Below, in pieces: positions 9,586-19,787 of a DNA stretch of 64,000 nt. Source of the DNA: an uncultured bacterium (GTDB lineage Bacteria > Chloroflexota > UBA5177 > JANWHV01); assembly GCA_963827235.1 (NCBI GenBank), contig CAWHAE010000015.1:64001-128000 (forward strand). Reading direction: 5' to 3'. The notes under the pieces were generated by a model that saw only the letters and a list, made by a program, of their open reading frames with translations, made no database searches and was not told where the DNA came from. Made by a program: the position numbers and the translations under genes. The stretch's first letter is position 1, and each line of letters starts with the position of its first letter.

Positions 9586-10924
9586 CGCTCTTGGAGACAG
9601 GCCGTCCTCCGTCGACGGGGACGAGAACCGGAAGCCTTCAGCTTCCGGGCCGCAAGATGAGGAGGACAGAGTCATTCGCGTTCTGATGCTCTCGCAGTTC
9701 TACCCGCCAACGCTGGGTGGCGAGGAGCAGCACGTGCACGCGCTGAGTACCTCCCTGGCGGCCCGTGGACATTCAACGTCGGTGGCCACGCTCTGGCGCC
9801 CCGGTCTTCCCGAGATCGAGACCGATAAGGGCGTGACCGTCTACCGCATACGGGGTGTCGCACAGCGCATACCCTGGGCCTACCAGGAGAGCGATCGACG
9901 GCACACGCCGCCGGTCCCGGACCCCGAGCTTGCCTGGCATCTGCGCACGGTTGTGATGCGCGAGCGACCAGACATCGTGCACGCGCACAACTGGATGGTC
10001 CATTCCTTCCTGCCGCTCAAGTCCATGAGCCGCAGCAAGCTGGTGCTCACGCTCCATGACTACAGTCTGATCTGCGCCCAGAAGCGGCTCATGTACGAGC
10101 ACACGCCCTGCAGTGGGCCGGGAGCGATCAAGTGCCTGCGCTGTTGCGGTGCCCACTATGGCACGCTGAAGGGCATGCCGATCGCGGCGGCGAACTGGGT
10201 AATGAGCCTCGAAGAGAGGCGGTCGGTCGACTGGTTTCTAGCCGTCAGCCAGGCGGTCGCCGATCGGAACAGGCTGCCTGTTTCGCGTACGGAGGTGGTG
10301 CCGAACCTCGTGCCCGACGAGCTGGGGAATCTGCAGGGCGATCCGCCACCCGAGCTGGACCAGCTCCCGCAAGGCGACTTCATCCTCTTCGCCGGCGACC
10401 TGAGCGCGGACAAGGGCGTGCCGGTGCTGCTTGCCGCCTACGCCAAGCTTTCGTCGCCGCCGCCGCTCGTGCTGCTGGGCCGGCGATGTGCGGACACACC
10501 GACCACGCTGCCGCCCGGTGCCAGGATGTTCTTCAGTTGGCCGCGCCGCTCGGTGCTCTGGGCCTGGAGCCGGTGCATGCTGGCGGTGGTGCCTTCGGTC
10601 TGGGAAGAGCCGTGGGGGACGGTGGCGGTGGAAGCGATGGTCATGGGTAAGCCTGTGATCGCCTCGCGCTTCGGCGGTCTGCCGGACCTCGTTGCCGACG
10701 GACTGACGGGTCTGCTCGTACCGCCGGGCGACATCGAGGCCCTGCGCGCGGCATTGGCGAGGATCCTGAACGACCGCGACGAACGCGAGCGCATGGGCCG
10801 GGCCGCACTGAAGCATGCGACCCGGTTCTACGTCAGCTCAGTAGTCCCGCGCATCGAGCAGGTCTACCGCAGCCTGATGCAGCAGGAGCCGCGCGCTGGG
10901 CAGGGCAGCGAACTGGCCGGCTAG
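9578..10924 (+). CDS. Glycosyltransferase family 4
   Basis: GGEEQHV, HAHN, TLHDYSLIC, PSVWEEPWGTVAVEAMVMGKPVIAS. Confidence 0.9.
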   Translation: MPDALGDRPSSVDGDENRKPSASGPQDEEDRVIRVLMLSQFYPPTLGGEEQHVHALSTSLAARGHSTSVATLWRPGLPEIETDKGVTVYRIRGVAQRIPWAYQESDRRHTPPVPDPELAWHLRTVVMRERPDIVHAHNWMVHSFLPLKSMSRSKLVLTLHDYSLICAQKRLMYEHTPCSGPGAIKCLRCCGAHYGTLKGMPIAAANWVMSLEERRSVDWFLAVSQAVADRNRLPVSRTEVVPNLVPDELGNLQGDPPPELDQLPQGDFILFAGDLSADKGVPVLLAAYAKLSSPPPLVLLGRRCADTPTTLPPGARMFFSWPRRSVLWAWSRCMLAVVPSVWEEPWGTVAVEAMVMGKPVIASRFGGLPDLVADGLTGLLVPPGDIEALRAALARILNDRDERERMGRAALKHATRFYVSSVVPRIEQVYRSLMQQEPRAGQGSELAG

Positions 10925-10937
10925 GGACACGCGCGGC

Positions 10938-12800
10938 ATGGCAAGTGTGAGCTCACGCGATGACGACGCTCAGCTAGAGGCGACGGGGCCCGCTCAGGGT
11001 GCTCAGGCTGTCGACCTGGGATGGCTCCCTGCTCTCAGCGTGGTCGCAGCCGGCGGCCTGCTGCTGGTCGCGCTGGCCGACATGGCCGCGCGCGCGTCCA
11101 TGCACCTGGCGGCGCTGGTCTTCTGGCTCGGCCTGCTCATGCTGATCTGTCCGATTGCCGCGCGTCTGCTCTCCACCGCCGCTTCAGGCGGCGAGCGTCT
11201 CGGCCTCGTGGTGTTGCTCGGCATGGGGCTCTACGGCGTGAAGATGCTGCACAGCCCCCTCTACTTTACGTTCGTGGACGAGCTGCAGCACTGGCCCACG
11301 GCCGGCGACATACTGAGCACGAGCCACCTCTTCCACCTCAATTCCGTGCTGCCGGTCAGCTCGCTCTACCCATCCCTGGAGATCATCACGGAGGCGCTGT
11401 CCGCCCTTGGCGGGCTGTCCATCTTTGCCTCCGGCGTGATCGTGATGGCCGTGGCGCGGTTCATGCTCGCGCTGGCGCTGTTCCTGTACTACCGGCAGAT
11501 CGGCGGCTCGGCTCGGATCGCCGCTTTGGGCGTGATGCTCTACATGGCCAACCCCAACTTCATCTATTTCGACGCGCAGTTTTCCTACGAATCACTGGCC
11601 CTGCCGATAGCCGTTCTCGTGCTCTACGCGCTGGCGCGCCGCGAAGGAGCGCCGGCCAACCAGATGGCCGGCCTGGCGGCCGTGCTCGTGCTGGGGATCG
11701 CCATGATCGTGACCACGCACCACATGACCAGCTACATGCTGGCTGCCTTTGCCGTGCTCTGGGCTGCCATCGCCGCGCTGAAGGGCGGCGTGCGCGCCGC
11801 GGTCGGCCCGGGCGGTGTTGCCGTGCTGACCATTGCCCTGGCCCTGGCCTGGCTGTGCTTCGTGGCGTCGCTCACGATCAGCTACCTGGCGCCCAACTTC
11901 GTCGACGCGATGCAGCAGGTCGTGAAGCTCATAGCGCGAGAATCGGGGCCGCGGCAGCTCTTTCACTCCTCGACGTCCGGCTACGTGGCACCCGTCTGGG
12001 AACGCATCGCCGGCTTCGGCTCGATAGTCTGCATACTGGTGGGGCTGCCGTTCGGCTGGCTCTGCGTCTGGCGTGGGCGGCCCTGCAGCGCTCCGGTGCT
12101 GGCGCACGCGCTCGCCGCCCTGATCTATCCCCCCACGCTCTTCCTGCGTCTGACGTCCGGGGGCGCCGAGATCTCGAACCGGGCCTCGGAATTCGTGTTC
12201 ATTCCCGTAGCCTACATCCTGGCCGCCGGCATCGTGGAATACCGCGTCTTCGGGTGGCTCGAGCGCATCAAGCCGGTAGCGCTGCTGCCCTGGGTGGCAG
12301 TGATCTTCGTCGGCGGCCTGATCGTGGGATGGCCGCCCTGGGCGCGACAGCCTGGACCCTACCTGGTGGGAGCCGACTCCCGATCGATCGAGCCCCAGGG
12401 CGTCGACGCGGCGGAGTGGGCGGCGAGCGTGCTCGGACCCGGACACCGCGTGGCGGCAGATCGCACGAACACCCTGCTCATGAACAGCTACGGGAGGCAG
12501 TATGTAGTGACGCACCTGGAAGACAACGTGGACGTGTCCGGCATTTACTTCTCGCCGACCATGGGCTCCAACGAGCTCGACACGCTTCGCAAAGGCAAGA
12601 TCCGCTATCTGGTGGTGGATATGCGGCTGAGCACGGGAGTGCCTCAGGGTGGGCCGTTCTTCGAGGTGGATAGTAATGACTCGCATCCCATTGCCGCGGC
12701 CGCGCTGGCGAAGTTCGACCAATTCCCCTTGATCGATCGCGAGTTCGACAGCGGACAGATCGTGGTCTACGACACGCAGGCGCTGAGCAATGCGCCCTAG
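10938..12800 (+). CDS. Polytopic membrane protein, possibly a GT-C fold glycosyltransferase or polymerase
   Basis: More than 10 TM helices. Acidic loop FVDELQHW, SYESLA, TTHH, and a soluble C-terminal domain. Lies in the GT operon. Confidence 0.55.
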   Translation: MASVSSRDDDAQLEATGPAQGAQAVDLGWLPALSVVAAGGLLLVALADMAARASMHLAALVFWLGLLMLICPIAARLLSTAASGGERLGLVVLLGMGLYGVKMLHSPLYFTFVDELQHWPTAGDILSTSHLFHLNSVLPVSSLYPSLEIITEALSALGGLSIFASGVIVMAVARFMLALALFLYYRQIGGSARIAALGVMLYMANPNFIYFDAQFSYESLALPIAVLVLYALARREGAPANQMAGLAAVLVLGIAMIVTTHHMTSYMLAAFAVLWAAIAALKGGVRAAVGPGGVAVLTIALALAWLCFVASLTISYLAPNFVDAMQQVVKLIARESGPRQLFHSSTSGYVAPVWERIAGFGSIVCILVGLPFGWLCVWRGRPCSAPVLAHALAALIYPPTLFLRLTSGGAEISNRASEFVFIPVAYILAAGIVEYRVFGWLERIKPVALLPWVAVIFVGGLIVGWPPWARQPGPYLVGADSRSIEPQGVDAAEWAASVLGPGHRVAADRTNTLLMNSYGRQYVVTHLEDNVDVSGIYFSPTMGSNELDTLRKGKIRYLVVDMRLSTGVPQGGPFFEVDSNDSHPIAAAALAKFDQFPLIDREFDSGQIVVYDTQALSNAP

Positions 12801-13605
12801 CCGAGCCCTGCTCCTGGCGGCCGTCACCGTCGCGGCGGCGCTGATCTGCCTGCTGCCTGTGCCGGATGCGCTGGGCTGGCTGCGCGCGGCCTGCGCGGTG
12901 CTGCTGGTCCTGGTCCTGCCGGGGCTGGCGGTCACCGCGGCCCTGTTTCCCTGGCACACGCTCTCCGTCGCGGTGCGCCTGCTCTTCACCGTGGGGCTGA
13001 GCGTGTGCATCACGGCCTTGCTCGGCTACGTGCTGAACTGGAACGGCCCGGGACTGCAGCGCATCTGGTGGATCGGCGCCCTGGGCTACCTGACGCAGCT
13101 CGCGGCCGTCATAGCCGTGATCCGCCGGCGCGACGCCGAGCGTTTCCGCAGCCAGATGACCTCTCTCGCACCGCTACGCGATTTGCCCCCGGCGTGGTCC
13201 GCCACTCGCGCGCCGGTGTTTCGCATCCGCCGCGGGGCGTGCCTTCTCTTTGCCCTGGCGGCACTGATCACCACCACCGCGTTCGCGATCAATTATGTCA
13301 ACGCGAATGACGAGACCGGTCCCGGCTTCACGCAGTTGTGGATGCTTCCCACGGCGACCAATGCGGTGAGGCTGGGGGTGACGAATCACGAAGGCCGGAC
13401 CGTGCGCTACCGGCTCGTGCTCTCCGTTCCCGGCACCTCGCTGGCTTCCTGGCCGGCCCTGGCACTGCAGCCGGGCCACACCTGGACCGGCACCGTCTCC
13501 CTTCCGTCGTGGCTGCCCTTCGGCACCGAGCTGACCGGCACGCTCTACCGCGGCAGCGGCCCGCACGCCGTCCCCTACCGGCACGTGACCTACTGGACGC
13601 ACTAG
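12790..13605 (+). CDS. DUF1616-like membrane protein
   Basis: LVLPG..VTAALFP, GLSV, FTQLWML and GVTNHEGRTVRYRL match the remembered DUF1616 pattern. Confidence 0.6.
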   Translation: MRPSRALLLAAVTVAAALICLLPVPDALGWLRAACAVLLVLVLPGLAVTAALFPWHTLSVAVRLLFTVGLSVCITALLGYVLNWNGPGLQRIWWIGALGYLTQLAAVIAVIRRRDAERFRSQMTSLAPLRDLPPAWSATRAPVFRIRRGACLLFALAALITTTAFAINYVNANDETGPGFTQLWMLPTATNAVRLGVTNHEGRTVRYRLVLSVPGTSLASWPALALQPGHTWTGTVSLPSWLPFGTELTGTLYRGSGPHAVPYRHVTYWTH

Positions 13606-13779
13606 GGGCCTGACGGCAGCGAAAGCTCAGGCTTCCCGAGACCGCAGCCGCCCCGCTGCTGCGGTGACACCGCCGTGTCAGGCCGCGCTGCACCGTCCGG
13701 GGCCATCACGCTCCCCGGGTCGAGCTCCCTGTTCTCCGCCATGTCGTGCCCGGCCGGCACGACTGGTACTAATATCGAT

Positions 13780-13799
13780 ACGATACTATTGCGTTTCGT
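13780..13799. promoter_or_regulatory. Putative TetR operator
   Basis: Imperfect palindrome acgatac-N6-gtttcgt in the AT-rich region upstream of the MFS-tetR pair. Confidence 0.5.
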
Positions 13800-13856
13800 T
13801 ATCTGTTGTGATATACCGGATGGGAAAGGTAGTTGCCAAGCGGTTTGGAGACCCTC

Positions 13857-15416
13857 ATGCGCGCGCCTTCGAAGTATCTGATCGCTATCGTGGCGGCACT
13901 GGCACTCTTCCCCGTCGGCCTTGACAGCATGATCGTCAGCGTGGCCATCGTGCCGATCAGTCGCTCCATGCATACCACCGCCGACGTCGTGCAATGGATT
14001 ATGCTCGGTTATCTGCTGGCCAACGCCGCCGTAACTCCCCTGGGCGGCTACCTGGGCAACCGCCTGGGTGCCAAGCGGCTCTTCCTTCTGGGCATCGCCG
14101 TCTTTACGCTGTGTTCGTTCCTCTGCGGCGTGGCGGCCGACCAGACCTGGCTCGTGGCTTTCCGCGTGCTGCAGGGCCTCGGCGGCGGGTTCATCATTCC
14201 GCTGGGCGTGGCCGTGGCCCTGGCTCAGTTTCCCGCGAAGGAGCGGGCAAGAGGCATGGCGGCCGTTGCTCTCCCCATGCTGCTTGCGCCGGTGCTCGGT
14301 CCAATCGTGGGCGGCGTGATCATCGACAGTTTTAGCTGGCAGGCTATCTTCTTCGTCAACGTTCCGGTCGGTGCCCTGGCTGTGCTCCTCAACTGGCTCG
14401 TCGTACCGGCCGACCAAACGCGCGACGACCAGGCACGCGCCTCGTTCGATACTCCCGGCCTGGCCCTGTCGATGGTCGGCGTGGCGCTCGTCGTCTACGC
14501 CTTCAAGCTGGTGAGCCAGATCGATCCCGGCACCCGGAGCGCACTGAACCCGGGAGGCAGCATGTATGGCTGGGGCTACTGGCTGGTCTGGCTCCTGTTG
14601 GGCATAGGCTCCGCTCTGCTGGCTATCTTCGCCGTGCACGCCCTGCGCAACGACGATCCGGTGCTGGACCTGCGATTGTTCGCGGACCGCAACTTCACGC
14701 TGAGCAATCTGACCCAATGGATACAGGCTACGCTCACCTTTGGCGTTCTCTTCCTGGTGCCGGTGTACCTGGAGCAGATCCGGGTGCCGAACCTCTCTCC
14801 CCTGCACACCGGCCTGGCTCTGCTTCCTCTTGGGCTGGCCACGATCGTGGGCATGGTGCTGGCTACTCGGCTCTACCGCCCACTCGGCGTGCGTCCCCTC
14901 GTGGTGCTCGGCGGCGCCCTGACGGCCGTGGCAGCCTGGCAGCTGGCCACCCTCGGTCCCACGACCTCGATCGTCGACTTTTCACCCTGGCTGGCCCTGA
15001 TCGGCATGAGCACGACGCTGCTCGCCCTGCCGACGAACACGCTGGCACTGCAGTCGCTCACCGGCGAAGCACTCAACAAGGCCAGCTCGCTGGTGACGTC
15101 GACCAAGCTGCTTTTCGGCGCCATCGGGCCGGCGGTACTGGTAACCTACTTCCAGCAGCAGACGACCTGGCATGCCAATCGTTTGAGCGTCGTCCTGGCT
15201 CATGCACACGGCACAGCAGGAGGGGCCGGCGCGCCGACGAGCGGGCTGCTGGCCGCGCGGGTGGGATCGAGTGCGCTGCACGACGTCTTCCTGGTCATAG
15301 CCTGGATCTCGCTCGTGATAGTTGCCCTGGGTCTGTGCCTGCCGGGACGTGCGGGGTCGGCGCACAAGGCCGCGGCGGCATGGCGCCTGCCGGAGGCGGC
15401 ACCGGTATCGCTCTAG
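13857..15416 (+). CDS. DHA2 (EmrB/QacA-type) MFS efflux transporter
   Basis: LDSMIVSVAI, GYLGNRLGAKR, FRVLQGLGGG, APVLGPIVGG, IFFVNVPVG, PVLDLRLF. Confidence 0.92.
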   Translation: MRAPSKYLIAIVAALALFPVGLDSMIVSVAIVPISRSMHTTADVVQWIMLGYLLANAAVTPLGGYLGNRLGAKRLFLLGIAVFTLCSFLCGVAADQTWLVAFRVLQGLGGGFIIPLGVAVALAQFPAKERARGMAAVALPMLLAPVLGPIVGGVIIDSFSWQAIFFVNVPVGALAVLLNWLVVPADQTRDDQARASFDTPGLALSMVGVALVVYAFKLVSQIDPGTRSALNPGGSMYGWGYWLVWLLLGIGSALLAIFAVHALRNDDPVLDLRLFADRNFTLSNLTQWIQATLTFGVLFLVPVYLEQIRVPNLSPLHTGLALLPLGLATIVGMVLATRLYRPLGVRPLVVLGGALTAVAAWQLATLGPTTSIVDFSPWLALIGMSTTLLALPTNTLALQSLTGEALNKASSLVTSTKLLFGAIGPAVLVTYFQQQTTWHANRLSVVLAHAHGTAGGAGAPTSGLLAARVGSSALHDVFLVIAWISLVIVALGLCLPGRAGSAHKAAAAWRLPEAAPVSL

Positions 15417-15433
15417 CATTCGAAGGAGTGGGC

Positions 15434-16129
15434 ATGGACGCATTACCGCCGGGAGTCGACGACGCAATCTCCGGCTCGCATGGCGGTGAGCGCCGCACCC
15501 GGCCGAAGCGCGACAAGCACGCGACCACCCTGCCCGTGCGCACACCGGGTCGACCGCGCAGCGCCGAAGCGCACAGGGCGATTCTGGACGCTGCCGTCGA
15601 GCTGCTCGCCGAAGAGGGATTCGAAGGCTTGAGCATCGAGCGAGTGGCGGCGCGCGCCGGCGTGGGCAAGACCACGGTCTACCGGCGCTGGACGACCAAA
15701 GAAGCCCTGATCGTGGCCGCGGTCCAGGGACTGCACGCGGACTATCCCCTGATCGATACCGGCAACCTGCGCGACGATCTGCAGGCTCTGGCTCGTACCG
15801 GCGAACAGCCGCGCGCGCAGGAGTTGTTGCCCCGGCTGCTGCCGCGCTTCATCAGTCAGGTGGCGGCCAATCCCACGGTATTCGACGCCTTCTGGCAGGC
15901 CATGATCATGCCGCGACTGCAGCGGTTGATCGAGATGATCGAGCGCGCCAAGGCGCGTGGCGAGCTGCGCGCCGACGTAGAGCCCGCCGCGGTGGTCGAG
16001 CTGTTCGGCGGTGCCTTTTACTTCCAGATGCTCTTCGGCCGGCTGCTCGGCCTGCCGCCTTCGGATTTCGCCCGGCGCCTGATCGACACGCTCTGGCAGG
16101 GGATCGCGTCTCCCGATCCGGCGCCATGA
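15434..16129 (+). CDS. TetR/AcrR family regulator
   Basis: GRPRS...AILDAAVELLAEEG...SIERVAARAGVGKTTVYRRW. GGAG RBS. Confidence 0.92.
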   Translation: MDALPPGVDDAISGSHGGERRTRPKRDKHATTLPVRTPGRPRSAEAHRAILDAAVELLAEEGFEGLSIERVAARAGVGKTTVYRRWTTKEALIVAAVQGLHADYPLIDTGNLRDDLQALARTGEQPRAQELLPRLLPRFISQVAANPTVFDAFWQAMIMPRLQRLIEMIERAKARGELRADVEPAAVVELFGGAFYFQMLFGRLLGLPPSDFARRLIDTLWQGIASPDPAP

Positions 16130-16285
16130 CGGGTTCTCTGCAATGTCCGAAGGATTGTCCCCGCTAAGGGCCGTGGTGTCTAGCGGGGACGGAACCGGCT
16201 GCTCGTCCGAGAGCAGCTCGAGGCACGGCGGAGCCGTGCGGCTGTGGAGGCATGGTGGTGCGATCCAGGCCGCGCTTGTCGGCAC

Positions 16286-17179
16286 TCAGCGATTCGGCGC
16301 CACCGGAGCTAGAGTAGCCCGCTCAGCACGCAGCAGTACGTGCACAATCGACGCATCGGCATCACTACCAACAGCCTGCGCGTACATGGCCTCAAAGGCT
16401 GCAGCCAAGGCGGCACCGTAGGGGTGGAGACCGAAGTGCGGCGTTTGGTGATCGACCGCCCACTGGTAGTATCGATTCGTCGCTTCGCCCGCGCGGGCCA
16501 GTGTCGCCAGAGTAGCTCTGCCATGGTGGACGAGATAAGCATGGCTCCGAAACGGAAACGAGAGTATGCGCTGAGCCTGCGCAGCCACATCGTGCTGCAG
16601 GTGCCGCGCGGGGTCACCGTCTTCCAGAAAAGGACGATGCCGCGGCTGCCAGACTGCTGCCGGCTCGAACAGCAGGCTGTTCAGGGCTACCGGCCGTTCA
16701 GTCAGCTGCGGGCCTTGCGCATCGCCGTCGTCCGGCTCGCCGGCAAGCACTGCCCCCGTGCTCGCGAGTGCCGCGACGGCCGCGGTCAGGGTGTCCGAGC
16801 GGAGGAGATACACGTCCGTATCGAGGACCCACACCAGATTCAGATCGAGGGCACCGCTGCCCTGCAGCGCCGCGAGGTGGTTGACTCCTTGCGTGAGCGC
16901 TGGGCCGTGGTAGCGTTGCTGGTCGTTCACAATCGGTTCGACCAGGCCCGCCTCACCCAGCGCGGCGAGCAGCGACCGCGATCCATCAGTCGAGGCATTG
17001 TCGACGACGACGACAGCCTGGATTGCTCCGGGGGTAAGGACGCATCGGAGGCCGAAGAGCAAGCGGGCGAGCAGGTGCCGGGTATTGTAGTTGACCGCCA
17101 CCACGCCCACCCTCGGTGGCTCGTCCCGCCGGACGCGTGTAAGCACTGGCCATGGGCGCATCGGCTCGTCTCCTACCAT
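16286..17179 (-). CDS. Glycosyltransferase family 2
   Basis: VVAVNYN, VVVVDNASTDGS, DTD motif. Confidence 0.75.
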   Translation of the reverse strand: MVGDEPMRPWPVLTRVRRDEPPRVGVVAVNYNTRHLLARLLFGLRCVLTPGAIQAVVVVDNASTDGSRSLLAALGEAGLVEPIVNDQQRYHGPALTQGVNHLAALQGSGALDLNLVWVLDTDVYLLRSDTLTAAVAALASTGAVLAGEPDDGDAQGPQLTERPVALNSLLFEPAAVWQPRHRPFLEDGDPARHLQHDVAAQAQRILSFPFRSHAYLVHHGRATLATLARAGEATNRYYQWAVDHQTPHFGLHPYGAALAAAFEAMYAQAVGSDADASIVHVLLRAERATLAPVAPNR

Positions 17180-17789
17180 GAGCCGCAGCCTCTCTTTCCA
17201 TCATGGCACGCCCAGCCGGCTCGTGTGTCAGGAAGCGTGCTATCTCAGTCCCGACACACAACAGCAACCACCGCGTGACCGGTGCTGTCATTGACGCAGC
17301 GACGGCCCGTACGTGCTGCTTGCCGGCGCATTTCATCCCCGTATCGTATCTCTAGCTGCTATTGGCACGCAGGGCGGTCCTGATACGCTTCACCTCGTCG
17401 CACAACACTCCACGCAGAACGATCAGTCCATATCCAGTTCAGCTAGACTCGCCTGGCGATGTGCAACAGGCGTCTCTGGAAGCACGAGTCTGGCTGCTCG
17501 GCACTGCTCGAGCTGTATGCTCAGTGTGGCACGCCACCAACGGACAATCATCAGCCGGCGGGCTGAGTAGCACTCGAGACAGGGCAAGTACACTGAGATG
17601 AGTTCTGGCGGCTACTCATGGGAGCGCGTAGTGGCTCATCGCTCGATCGACACCGTACTCGCCGGGCGATCGGACCCTTCGCCGGTGGCCGCCGGCGCGG
17701 CTTCAGCTTCGTGGAGTGCGGCCCGCGCCGGTGCTCCGCCGTGCGGCAGCCCGCCGTGCCCCGATCTCTGCCGGCGACCGCCGAACCGG

Positions 17790-19784
17790 TTGCTGAAGCG
17801 CCTGCCCGCAGCGGCACTCGCCGCCGTGCTCGTGTTTTCGCTGGCGGCCTGCTCCGCCGGCGGCGCCACACCCGCGGCGGCCGGCCCGGCCCTCACCCTC
17901 CAGGCCGGTGAGCGAGGGATACCGATCAGTCCGACTCTGTTCGGCCTCATGTTCGAGGAGATCAACCACGCGGGTGACGGCGGCATCTATGCCGAGCTGC
18001 TGGCCAACCGCGCTATGCTCGACAATTCGCCTCGCGCCTCGCCCGATGAGCAGGATTCGACGCCGAGCACAGATCCGTGGGTGCTGGATTCGACCGGCCA
18101 GGCGTTCGGCTCAGTCGGTCTCGACACCCAGGATCCGGTGAACACGACGGCGCTCACCGAGAGCCTGCGCCTGGGGATCACACGGGTTGGGCCTGGCGAG
18201 CGCGTGGGCGTGGTCAATTCCGGCTACGGCGGCATTCCGGTGTGGCCGCGCACCACCTATCGCGTCTCCTTCTACGCACGCAGCGGGGACGGCTTCAAAG
18301 GGCCGCTCACGATCAGCCTGGAGAGCGCGACGACGAACAAGGTCTTCGTCTCCGCGACGGTACCTGGGGTTACCACCCGCTGGCGACACTATGCGATGAC
18401 CCTGACCACGCCCGGAGGCTTTGCGCCTAGCGAGGACAACCAGTTCGTGATCGCGGCAACCCACATAGGCACGATATGGCTCAGCCTGGTCTCGCTCTTC
18501 CCGCCCACGTGGAACGATCGGCCAAACGGCATGCGCATCGATCTGATGCGCGATCTGCTGGCCCTTCACCCCGCCTTCCTGCGCATCCCGGGCGGCAACT
18601 ACCTGGAGGGCCAGACGTTCGCCACGCGGTTCATCTGGCAGACCACTATTGGCGACCTGTCGTCACGTCCCGGCCATCTCGACGATGCGTGGGGCTACCG
18701 CTCCACCGACGGCCTGGGCTTGCTCGAGTACCTGGAATGGTGCCAGGACCTGCACGTGCTGCCCGTGCTGGCGGTGTTCGCCGGATACACCCTCTCGGGC
18801 AACTACGTCGAGGCAGGTCCGGCCCTGAGGCCGTACGTACAGGACGCCCTCGACGAGCTGCAGTATGCCACCGGCTCGACGTCGACCACGTGGGGAGCCA
18901 GGCGAGCCGCGGACGGCCATCCGGCACCTTTCAAGGTACCGTACGTGGAGATCGGCAACGAAGACTTCTTCGACCGATCGGGCAGCTACGACGGCCGGTT
19001 CGCCCAGTTCTACGATGCCATCCGCGCCACCTACCCGTCGATCAAGCTGATCGCCACCTCCACGGATGCCACCAGCCGGCGGCCGGATCTGGTCGATCTG
19101 CACTTTTATGAGACGCCCGACTGGTTCGCCGCCCATACTGATTACTTCGACCGCTACAGCCGCGAAGCGCCCAAGGTGCTGGTGGGAGAATATGCCGCGC
19201 ATACACCGGATAGCTCGCTGAACGGCGGGCCTTCGACCCTGGGCACCGCCATCGGCGAGGCAGCCTGGCTGACCGGTTTGGAGCGCAACTCGGACGTGGT
19301 GGCAATGGCCTCGTATGCACCCCTCTTCCAGAACGTGCAGCCCTCCCAGTCCCAATGGACCCCGGATCTGATCAGTTATGACAACCTGAGCAGCGCCGGC
19401 TCGCCATCCTACTACGTGCAGCAGCTCTTCAGCCTGAACCACGGCGACGTGGTTGTTCCTGCCGATCTGAGCGGCACGGCGCCGCTGGCCTACGTCGCCA
19501 GCAGAGACAGCCGCGGCAGTGCCCTGTATCTGACGGTGGTGAACAGTGGCACGGCGGTGGTGACGGCCCGCATCGCGGTCGACGGCGTTTCGTCCGTGGC
19601 CGCCCGCGGCACCGTCACGGTGCTCACGTCGGCGAGCGTGAACGACCAGAACACCCTGCAAGCGCCTACCACCGTGTATCCCGTAACGCGAACCGTCTCG
19701 ACCCTCGGACGCTCGTTCTCCTATGCCATCAGGCCGAGCTCCGTCACCGTGTTTCGCCTGTCGACGGTGCCGGCGGGGCCCTGA
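17790..19784 (+). CDS. Lipoprotein alpha-L-arabinofuranosidase (GH51)
   Basis: Lipobox LAAC. FGLMFEEINHAGDGGIYAEL, FLRIPGGN, EIGNE, VGEYAA, LERNSDVV. The start is uncertain; the ORF is open from 17598. Confidence 0.88.
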   Translation: MLKRLPAAALAAVLVFSLAACSAGGATPAAAGPALTLQAGERGIPISPTLFGLMFEEINHAGDGGIYAELLANRAMLDNSPRASPDEQDSTPSTDPWVLDSTGQAFGSVGLDTQDPVNTTALTESLRLGITRVGPGERVGVVNSGYGGIPVWPRTTYRVSFYARSGDGFKGPLTISLESATTNKVFVSATVPGVTTRWRHYAMTLTTPGGFAPSEDNQFVIAATHIGTIWLSLVSLFPPTWNDRPNGMRIDLMRDLLALHPAFLRIPGGNYLEGQTFATRFIWQTTIGDLSSRPGHLDDAWGYRSTDGLGLLEYLEWCQDLHVLPVLAVFAGYTLSGNYVEAGPALRPYVQDALDELQYATGSTSTTWGARRAADGHPAPFKVPYVEIGNEDFFDRSGSYDGRFAQFYDAIRATYPSIKLIATSTDATSRRPDLVDLHFYETPDWFAAHTDYFDRYSREAPKVLVGEYAAHTPDSSLNGGPSTLGTAIGEAAWLTGLERNSDVVAMASYAPLFQNVQPSQSQWTPDLISYDNLSSAGSPSYYVQQLFSLNHGDVVVPADLSGTAPLAYVASRDSRGSALYLTVVNSGTAVVTARIAVDGVSSVAARGTVTVLTSASVNDQNTLQAPTTVYPVTRTVSTLGRSFSYAIRPSSVTVFRLSTVPAGP

Positions 19785-19787
19785 GGG

